Part shown: one piece after another, positions 54,565 through 64,000 of the stretch
Layout: the number at the start of each line of letters is the position of its first letter
How positions within the stretch are numbered: position 1 is the first letter of the stretch
NCBI GenBank assembly: GCA_964016885.1
Contig: OZ024755.1
Coordinates: forward strand, 26,970,001-27,034,000
Direction of reading: 5' to 3'
DNA from: Eledone cirrhosa
Taxonomy: Eukaryota
DNA: 64,000 nucleotides
Program-made: the position numbers and the translations under genes
The notes under the pieces: generated by a model
Database searches by the model: none
What the model saw: the letters and a program-made list of their open reading frames with translations, nothing else
What the model was told of the DNA's origin: nothing

Positions 54565-55004
54565 TCATCATCATCGTTTAACGTCCATCTTCCATGCTTG
54601 CATGGGTTTGGACGGGAGTTTTCCCACTTGAGGCAAGATTGGTTGTCTTGCTCAAATAGGACTGTCTGGCGGGTTTTCTACTGCTGGATGCCCTTCCTAA
54701 CACCAACCAGGTTTACAGTGTGGACTGGGAGGTTTTTACCGTGTTACCTACACGGCCACATTACAGCGTGGACTGTATATATATATATATATATATAGGT
54801 GTGGGATGCTTAAAGCGTCCATAAGCGGTAGGCTGTTTGAGCACTCGATGCTCTTACAGAGCAGAGTATAATTTCACATAAGAAACGGGGGAGAATCAGT
54901 GGTGCGACGAATAAGATTTATTAGACATATCACAATAGTTTCTCTGGCGACCAGCTCGAGGCACGATCGATGCAATGATCAAATCTGAATCTGAAATATA
55001 TATA

Positions 55005-55240
55005 TTTAATTAGAAAGTGAACAACACAATATATAACTACTCCATTACCAAAGGTTTCAGGACCCTAGACAATATTGATATACACCTAGATCGTTCATCA
55101 GACAGAGAGGTTATCTGATGAACGATCTAGACATATATTAATATTGTCTAGTGTTCTCAAACGTTTGGTAATGGAGTAGTTATATATTGTGTTGTTTACT
55201 TTCCAATTAAATAGCTCTGTTCTATACATAGAGCACTCTT
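55005..55240. mobile_element. Fold-back element with degenerate mirror hammerheads
   Basis: Both arms start at CTGATGAACGATCTAG near the centre (about 55100-55115); CTAGACA/TGTCTAG stem II. Confidence 0.6.
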
Positions 55241-55339
55241 TTTTCCTTGCCTTTTCTTTGGAAATACTTAACACATATATATATATATATATATACAATG
55301 ATATTAAATAAATGGAAACTATATTTATAAAACCATATT

Positions 55340-55404
55340 TATTTTATTATATATATTTCAAGGGCAACCAAGACAACATTGGTACGCTTTCATCAGATAA
55401 AATA
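55340..55404 (-). ncRNA. Type I hammerhead ribozyme (mirror copy)
   Basis: Reverse complement of 55532-55596. Confidence 0.8.
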
Positions 55405-55531
55405 CAAAGTTTGTTTCATAAATAGAGACATACCCATGAAAATCATACCTTATCGTTGGAAATTCACTGGATATTCCAACCGATAAGGTATGATTTTCAT
55501 GGGTATGTCTCTATTTATAAAACAAACTTTG

Positions 55532-55596
55532 TATTTTATCTGATGAAAGCGTACCAATGTTGTCTTGGTTGCCCTTGAAATATATATAATAAAATA
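55532..55596 (+). ncRNA. Type I hammerhead ribozyme
   Basis: TATTTTAT-CTGATGA-AAG CGT ACCAA TGTTGTC TTGGT TGCC CTT-GAAA-TATATA-TA-ATAAAATA. Confidence 0.8.
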
Positions 55597-56151
55597 AATA
55601 TGGTTTTATAAATATAGTTTCCATTTATTTAATTTCATTGAATATTTACTCCAGTAAATAAATTGTTGAGTGCTCTAAATCAGTTATAAACATTTATATT
55701 TGTCGGACTTCCAACAAATTAAATACCACTTCTACTTATATATATATAATAGAGAGGGATCAGTCAATATATGAATATGATCAACACTCCGAAACAATCG
55801 TAAAACAATGAATGAAATATGAAAAATAGACTTTATCTTTGTTAAATGATATATTGAATTTTTGTTAAATTTTAATATGATATTGTAATGAACCATGTGT
55901 TTTTACATTCTATACAGATTATCTCCTGTTAAAGTTTGATATATTCTATTGTACGTTTATATCATTAGATATATATGTATATATGTCATTCGCTATTTTG
56001 TAATGATTAAATGGTCGGATTTATTCCTTGAATTTCTCTTTAAGCTTATTTTTGGGAGATAAGATGCATGTTTTAAATTATCTCAAAGATGATATCTATA
56101 ACTTTGAATGTAATATGTGTGTGGGTGTGTGTGTGTATATATATATATATA

Positions 56152-56495
56152 TGGAGGCACATGGCTTAGTGGTTAGAGAATTAGGCTTGCAATCGAAAGG
56201 TTATGAGTTCAATTCTCAGACCGAGTGATGTGTTGTTTCCTTGGGCAAGACACTTTATTTCACATTGCTCCAGTTTACTCAGCTGTAGAAATGAGATGAT
56301 AGGGACTGGGGTCCCTATCATTCCACTGTAAAGTGGTCGTGGAGGTACCAAGGAAAAAAAGCACCCAGCACTCACTGTAAATGAGGTTGGTGTTAGGAAG
56401 GGCATCCAGCTGTAGAAATCAAGCCAGAATCAGTTCCCGTCCCATCCTTGCAAGCAGGGAAAAGCAGACGTAAAATGATGATGATGATGAATGAT
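56152..56495 (+). mobile_element. SINE family A
   Basis: Consensus match. Confidence 0.9.
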
Positions 56496-58893
56496 GATAC
56501 ACACATCATTTCATATCTACATGTATATAGGTTTTTTTTTAAGCCCTTTTGTGAAATATTTAAAAGCAAAGAGTTAAAAATAATGAGATGACATATAGAA
56601 AATTAAATGATGTTAACATGACATTCTACTGGGAACTGCACAGTAAGGAAAACTGACAATCTATTTGTAGTAATTGTATTTATTTGTTTATTTTGGGGCA
56701 ATGTTTTTATTTTTCAGAACAAATTTTTCTATTTTTTTTTATTATATTACACCCACACATGACATATGTTCACTTATACTCAAGCTTGTTTAACTATGTG
56801 TTGGATAGGGAGGGGAGCTCTAACGTGGTTGCTTGACCTACTAGATATAACAACTAAATCTCACTCAAATCCTCCCCCCCTTGTCACACTTTATTGCTTT
56901 CTCAGAGGAGAAAGGGCTACACCATGATCCTTTTCTGAGCTCCTGAGACTGGTCGTCTGCTGGGAGGAAAAGAAGGGATTTTCTTTAGATTGGAGACTGG
57001 AAGCTTGGCTCAAATGATTGGCTCAAATGCTTGAAAGAGAGTGGACTCTGCTAAAGGCATCCAAGGATCCTACAATCTTATATGTATATATATATGTGTG
57101 TGTGTGTATGTAAAATTGGAGGACGTTTTGGAAATAATGTTCAAGATACATTGTCTGAAAATATGAGATGGGTATGGCTGGAACACCTTTTAAACATAGG
57201 TATGCTTGATCTGGGCTTCATGGGGATGAACAACAGCAATGTGTTATTAATATTCATTATCATATTTTGAAAAAAATTATCTCTTTGGCCTAGTAAATAG
57301 TTATCATTCACTAACTTATGTGTTTATATCACCTATACAAATTTTGTTGTGCTCTTGGCCAAGTTATTTTTACTTCTTAGAGTTTACGTGAGAGATTGGT
57401 TGAGAAGATTGCCACCCCATGCTAGCAATATCTGTTTTCATATTTTGGCATGAAAAATAAATAAAAACATAACTCTGCTTCTGTTCAGTTAGACTCAATA
57501 TCAGCTAAAGGACAGTTTGGAGGGGAAATTAACAAATGTTATTTCCTGGAATCTGTACAAGTGAATCCAAAGACCCAGTTTTTGTTGGTGTAACATGGTT
57601 AAAGATAAATTACTTCACCTTGCTTTTTTTAAAATAATTTAATCAAGAGGAAGGTGTCCTTCTTGGCGTCCCCTAGATTGAATACTTGCAACTGGCCATG
57701 TCGTTAGAACATCAGAAAGAGGGCTTTGAAGTATTTGTTTTGGCTCTCTGCTCTCAAATCCCGCTTAGGTCAACTTTGCCTTTCATCCATTTGTGATTGA
57801 TAAAAAAAAAAAAACGTCTAGTATTTGGGTCAGTTCTTCCTCTATGTCTCTCTCTCACTTACATTCTCTTACTCTCTATCCTTCTTTGGAAGAAATCTGC
57901 TATATTCAGGCCTCAAAAGGAGATATGCTCCACCAGGTTTAAAAATGTCCTAGAAATGCTGTATGCCAATATGGCATCCCTATGACTCCCTCGGGAGTTA
58001 TAGGGATGTCATATTCATTATCACTGAAACAAACATTTCAGCTGACAATTTATCTCTATGTTGATATTTATAGTCAGAATGAAGTTTTTTGTTCAGAGAT
58101 GTGAAATCTGCTGCTGCTATTCATTCACAATCCAAAAGTAGAAGTAAAAATGAAAGCTATTTTTGTTCTGGACTACAGGGACCAATTAATAATACTTTGG
58201 TCTGTTTTCCTCAGCATTACATGAATGAAAGATAAATCTTCTGGATAACATGCTAGTCTATTTTAACAGCTTGCCTTTTCAATAGGAATAATTGATCTTT
58301 GTTTGGTGAGTCAATTAATGTATGTTAGTCTCCTTTCTCCATGTCAACAATATTATCCAAAGGGAAGGGTTGACACAGCTTGACACCACTGTCATTATAG
58401 TTATGCCCAGCAAAATGTAAAGAGCCAGAACTTTATTTATTGACCTCAAAAGGATGAAATGCAAAATTGGTCTCAGTGGGATTTGAATTTAGAGCACAGG
58501 GAGCCAAAACAAATACTGCAGGGCATTCTGAGATTTGAACAACTCTGCTAATTCACTGCCATATTTAAAATTATAAACTCAGTATTGTTATTCTTTCACA
58601 AATATGTGAAGGTGCATGGCTTGCTGTTTAGAAAATTGGATTCACAATCATGAGGTTGCAAGTTTGATTCGTGAACTAGACGATGTGTTGTCTATGAACA
58701 AGACACTTTATTTCAGATTGTTCCTTTTGTCAGTATCAGCAATGGAAAACATTGTTTCCTTAGTCCGATTTGACGAGCTTCACTCAATTCGGTAAGCAAA
58801 TGAAGCCTGAGATCTTGTCAGTCAATTTTCTTCCCCCCCCATTCTCCTCACACATACTAAATGTTTTTCTTTTACAAATATATATTTCAAACA

Positions 58894-59122
58894 TTAACTC
58901 TTTAGCATTTAAACCGGCCATATCCGGCCAGAATTCTCTCTCTTCTTTCTGTTCATACCGGCTTTAAGTAGCTACTCATACTTATGTTAAGGTGTTGTTC
59001 TCAAAATAAATAATATCAAAATTTCGTAGATTCAATATTATGTGAGATAATTATGTAAGATAAAGCCTTTACCACGAAAATACAATGGTATATGTAGAGT
59101 ATTGTAAATGATAAAGAGTTAA
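58894..59122. mobile_element. piggyBac-type MITE
   Basis: TTAACTCTTTAGCATTT..AAATGATAAAGAGTTAA. Confidence 0.85.
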
Positions 59123-60617
59123 ATAAGCTTTCACATACTGATTTATATCTTTAAGAATACAAATAAAGAAGAATCTTATATAACTTGAGATGTTTTCTGG
59201 TTGCTAGAATTATTGTTCTGCTCTTTTCTTTTTACAAATGACAGTTGAGGCTTTAAAAAAAAAGTCTGCTGCCTTATGCAAACAGGAAGTAAACATAAGT
59301 CACTATACTAGAAACATTTTGGTTGTGGTGATGGTATTGAAAATTGTAATAATGATGATGTTAGAAATAGTTTTATTGGTAGCATTTTTATTGTTGAGAA
59401 AAGCTATTCTACCAGAAAAGTATTCTGTTAGTAACCATCCAGTGTTTTTGGATATCTAGGATTACATTGTGTGATTTTCAGAAATTTGGCTGTTATTTCT
59501 AGCAGACTGAGTAACCATATTAATGTCCCTCATAGCAGCTAGTTATTAGTGATAATAGTTGTTTCTACTTTTGGCACAAGGCCAGCAATTACCCCAGTGC
59601 ATTACTGGTGCTTTATTTTATAACCCTGTAAGGATGAAAGGCAAAGCTAATCTCGGCGGGATTTGAACTCAGCGTAAAGGGCCATTACTCTATGCTGCAA
59701 AGCATGGCGGCATCCAACCCTCTTCTGACACTGCTAATCCACCGCCACAATAATAATGATGAAGATGTCTTCTTGATCTTGGCCAAATGGGGATGATTAA
59801 TGAACATGAAGAAAGAAACCTGCAAGGATGTGTTGGTTTAGTGGAATTGCCTGTAGCCATCTTGTAAGGGCTGCCCACTACACAGTTGTATCTGATGTTA
59901 ACTCTCTCTAGCTTGCAAAATATTTCTTGACTACCTCATGCCCTCTTTACAATCTGTGCTTGCTGATTGATGAGAGTTTTGTTGACAGAAGTATTAAATG
60001 TCAAGAACACAGGTATGACATTTGAAACACCACACATCAACAAGTAAAAAATATGCTATATATTTTCCCCACACCAACCTACAGAGCCTTTCTGATCAAA
60101 TGTGAAGAGTGCTGCTGACATTAGTGTCAGATATAAGTGGGTAATAGTGCTGGGGCGGAGAGAAGAATTCTGTAGCCTGCACATCATGGGAATATCATGG
60201 GAAAATAGTAAATGGTAAACAAGACATTGTAATTATTAGCAACACTTTAAATATATGGAAATTTATGTGAACACAATTTTTCCCCAAACATTGACTTATT
60301 TATCTTCCATTGATCTAAGCCTTTTTTCTGTTAATCTCCAATATCAAGTAATTGTTTCTACTTTTGGCACAAGGCCATCAATTACCCAGTACATTACTGG
60401 TACTTTATTTTATCGACCCCGTAAGGATGAAAGGCAAAGTTAACCTCGGCGGGATTTGAACTCAGACCGTAAAGGGAGGACGTAACTATGCTGGAAAGCA
60501 TGGCGTCCGACTCTCTTCTGATACTGCCAATCTCCAATATCACAATATCAAGTTTGTGGGTTCTGACATGGTACAATAGAAAAATGGAAATTTGATCCAA
60601 ACTGTTATAACTCTTCA

Positions 60618-60748
<131 letters not shown>

Positions 60749-60799
60749 ATGTTAAATAATGATGATGATGAATGTTCTCAGCCAGTATTTCTTTTGAAG

Positions 60800-60837
<38 letters not shown>

Positions 60838-60919
60838 TACATAGCAAAATTGTAAAATTATAAAATTAAATTGTTTAGAACGCCAACTACAAATGAAATC
60901 ATTCTTTTCCTATTTTCAA

Positions 60920-60951
<32 letters not shown>

Positions 60952-60956
<5 letters not shown>

Positions 60957-61063
60957 AAATAAACATATCAAACATTGACAGGGGATAATTTGTAAAGAGT
61001 GTAAACTTTACACTCTTTGCAAATTATCCCCTGTCAATGTTTGATATGTTTATTTTATATATA
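60952..61063. repeat. Near-perfect hairpin in (TA)n
   Basis: AAAATAAACATATCAAACATTGACAGGGG..GTGTAAA-C-TTTACAC..CCCCTGTCAATGTTTGATATGTTTATTTT. Confidence 0.85.
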
Positions 61064-61297
61064 TAGATATATATAGATATATATATGTCAATTGACCTTT
61101 AATTTATATATATATATATATAATAATAGAATATAAAAGAAAAGCGAACACAGATATATAGATATATGTGTTCAAATCGTAAGGGACCCAATTCGCTAAG
61201 GTATAAAGGATACTAACTATAGGCAATTGGGTTCGCTTGTCTCAATTTAAGAAAAAATTAAGAAAATAAATACAAATCAGAATTGTGGTAACTACCA

Positions 61298-61375
61298 ATC
61301 ACCCAGACAACTTGTTGTTGTTTCGCAAATTTAATTGTGAATAGAAATACTAATCCAAGCTCATCAGTGGGTGAT
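61298..61375 (-). ncRNA. Canonical type I hammerhead ribozyme inside inverted-repeat element 61121-61449
   Basis: ATCACCCA-CTGATGA-GC..GC-GAAA-CAAC AACAA GTTG-TC-TGGGTGAT: 8-bp stem I, closed stem III, GUC cleavage triplet. Confidence 0.85.
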
Positions 61376-61528
61376 GAATCAGGTCCCTTACGATTTGAAC
61401 ACATATATCTATATATCTGTGTTCGCTTTTCTTTTATATTCTATTATAATATACGGCTCAGAAATATCTCTTTCTTAGAGCTATTTTGTTGTAAGAGACT
61501 ATTTTTAGTTCCTAACTCAATTTATACA

Positions 61529-61565
<37 letters not shown>

Positions 61566-61686
61566 GGAGGTGAGTTTTATTGTAGTACAATAAAGCAATG
61601 CAGATATCGGATAAGAAGCACTCTACAGTTTGTGGGACTGGAGTATGCATAATATAAGATCAAAAGATGGTTAAAGGAGTTCAATA

Positions 61687-61757
61687 TATTTTATTATGCG
61701 CATTTCAAAAACAAACATCATCAAACAATAATATTTGTGTTTTCATCAGATAAAACA
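61687..61757 (-). ncRNA. Type I hammerhead ribozyme (mirror copy)
   Basis: Reverse complement of 61886-61956. Confidence 0.8.
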
Positions 61758-61885
61758 GGAGAACATGATATGAAGGCTAAAAAAACACTTGTTGATAGTG
61801 CAGTTTTAAATCAACATATGTTGATATGTTGATTTAAAACTGCACTATCAACAAGTGTTTTTTTAGCCTTCATATCATGTTCTCC

Positions 61886-61956
61886 TGTTTTATCTGATGA
61901 AAACACAAATATTATTGTTTGATGATGTTTGTTTTTGAAATGCGCATAATAAAATA
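61886..61956 (+). ncRNA. Type I hammerhead ribozyme
   Basis: TGTTTTAT-CTGATGA-AAAC ACAAATATTATT GTTT GATGATGTTTGT TTTT-GAAA-TGCGCA-TA-ATAAAATA. Confidence 0.8.
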
Positions 61957-61986
61957 TATTGAACTCCTTTAACCATCTTTTGATCT

Positions 61987-62022
<36 letters not shown>

Positions 62023-63105
62023 GTAGAACACTGCTGGGTTAAATACATACATAGTATTTCTCTCTTCTGCCTCTTAGAACAATACATCAATTTTATGGAA
62101 TAGAATGGATTTTTAAAATAATTGTTTCTACTATTGGCACAAGGCCAGCAATTACCCAGTACATTACTGGTACTTTATTTTATCAATCCCGTAAGGATGA
62201 AAGGCAAAGTTAACCTCGGAGGGATTTGAACTCAGAATGGCAAGGGCCGTATCTCTATGCGTCAAAGCATGGCGTCCGACCCTCTACCGATACTGCCAAT
62301 TCATTTAAAATAATGTTTTTGCAATTCCTTCATCCATGTGTGGGTCTGACAAGTATGGTAGGGTTTGATGCATGTTATCTATTTTATTTATTGATTACAT
62401 AGATATTAATTTTGCCCACCTAGACAAAAAATACATCAACAAAAACATACACTCCACGGAAGTGAGGCTTCTCTGTATGTTGTCAGTAGTTTAATGACTT
62501 ACAACAAGTATTGTCTGCCTATTTATTAAACTAGGTAGACAATACTGAGACAATTCAGCCCCCTTTTCTGCTATCTGTTAATTTACATATCTGAATCTGT
62601 TTCTGTTGTCTCTGAAACTTAGTTCTTTCTATGTCTCCTTCTGCTGATAAATATACTGCTATAACTATCAGGTCTATTTATATACTTCCATTATTGATTT
62701 TCTTTCCACTACTAAGAGAAATGAGATTTATTTGAAATATTCTTGTACACTGGCTAGGTTGACACTATTATTAGCCTCCATTGAGGAAGACAGAAACAGA
62801 CTATATAACTGCAGTAGATCCAAGTGAAAATACCAATGCACTACATTACATTACACATGCATTACACTTAAACATACTACACTAGGTACTGTACATAGAG
62901 TGCACATTTCCTCTTCCTGCTCTTCAGAACTGCAACTGTTAACATTTAGATAAATCTCGGGAGGTATTAAGGAAAGGGCATTTTATGATCTGATGTAAAG
63001 ACAATATCATTTTATTTACTTAAATCTATTGAATCAATTTTATTTGAAATACACAGAGATATGTGTGGGTGTTGGTATATGTATGTGTGTGTGTGTGTGT
63101 GTGTG

Positions 63106-63146
<41 letters not shown>

Positions 63147-63148
<2 letters not shown>

Positions 63149-63281
63149 GTAGGGTGTCGTAAAATACCAAGTGGACCATAACCCACCAGAGTACTCGATA
63201 CTGGAGTAGTAGAGTGGGTAATATGAAAAGATTCAGGACCCTGTTCGGATCTAGCTGTCGAAACGGTCCTGAATCTTTTCA
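63147..63281. mobile_element. GAGTACTCTGGTG-family fold-back with the 3' half of a hammerhead
   Basis: ATGAAAAGATTCAGGACC / GGTCCTGAATCTTTTCAT; CTAGCTGTC-GAAA-CG-GTC-CTGAATC. Confidence 0.55.
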
Positions 63282-63718
63282 TATATATATATTATCATGA
63301 TTTAATGTCTATTTTGCATGCTTGAATAGGTAAAGTGGGTTGTCATGTACTGGGGCCAGACTGGTCAGGTAACCATGTCTTGCCCATATGTTTCATTTTT
63401 GGCTTGGTTTCTATGGTTTGATTCCGTTCCTAATGCCAACCGCTTTACAGTATATAGCACTGTATTGTGATTCCGGCACTATCACCTTACAGGGTGGACT
63501 GGGTGCTTTTTCTTGTAGTACCAGCATTGCCGCCTTACAGTGCAGATTGGGTATTTTTTGTCATGGCACCAACGCAACCACCTTACTGGGTAGGCTTGGT
63601 GCATTTATCATGGCACCTGTACTACCTCATTACAACACTAGGGTGCTTAGTGTGTCCTTAATGAGCCTGGGGAAACATTGATGGGAGTAAAGGGTGTGTA
63701 CATGAGAAGGTTGTAGGT

Positions 63719-64000
63719 CAGGCGTGTCAAACATGCAGCCCTTTACAAGCACACCTGCAGCCCGCACAAAGGTTTTTACAGTGCGAGTATGTTTTATCTA
63801 TGTAAAATTAGTTGTAATGTGCGCAATTAGTTGTGGTGTGTAGCCCTCAGACAACACATATGTGACCCATGTGGCCCTCAGACAACACATATGTGACCCA
63901 TGTGGCCCTCAGACAACACATATGTGACCCATGTGGCCCTCAGACAACACATATGTGACCCATGTGGCCCTCAGACAACACATATGTGACCCATGTGGCC
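63719..64000. mobile_element. hAT-like MITE end with a 31-bp tandem array (63843-64000, runs off the window)
   Basis: CAGGCGTGTCAAAC TIR-like start; unit GCCCTCAGACAACACATATGTGACCCATGTG x5. Confidence 0.65.

Larger units (their letters stand above)
55296..55737. mobile_element. Fold-back element with two intact mirror hammerheads
   Basis: About 165-bp near-perfect arms plus a 97-nt one-sided extension; (TA)n on both sides. Confidence 0.85.
61562..61995. mobile_element. Fold-back element with two intact mirror hammerheads
   Basis: About 170-bp essentially perfect arms (61650-61995) plus a left extension; (TA)n flanks. Confidence 0.85.

Overview
This is AT-rich eukaryotic (animal) genomic DNA dominated by repeats. 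The SINE, LINE and MITE repertoire and the dense (TA)n/(CA)n/(GAT)n microsatellites look like an octopod cephalopod genome (inference from recalled repeat families). No complete protein-coding gene is visible; the long ORFs in the track come from tandem repeats or decayed retrotransposons. Content: two tRNA-derived SINE families (about 30 copies), about 15 TTAA-flanked piggyBac-type MITEs, non-autonomous Helitrons, hAT and pogo MITEs, fragments of CR1, RTE, Tx1, HERO and Vingi-like LINEs, several minisatellites, and a probable divergent promoter near 7.7-8.2 kb. The standout signal is a dispersed set of short fold-back (inverted-repeat) elements, mostly in (TA)n microsatellites, carrying type I hammerhead ribozyme motifs. 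About 8 loci have canonical or compensated cores, several with mirror copies on both strands, and more are degenerate. They resemble non-autonomous Penelope-like or retrozyme elements. A possible HDV-like ribozyme heads an RTE-derived element. All coordinates and foldings were read by eye and are approximate.
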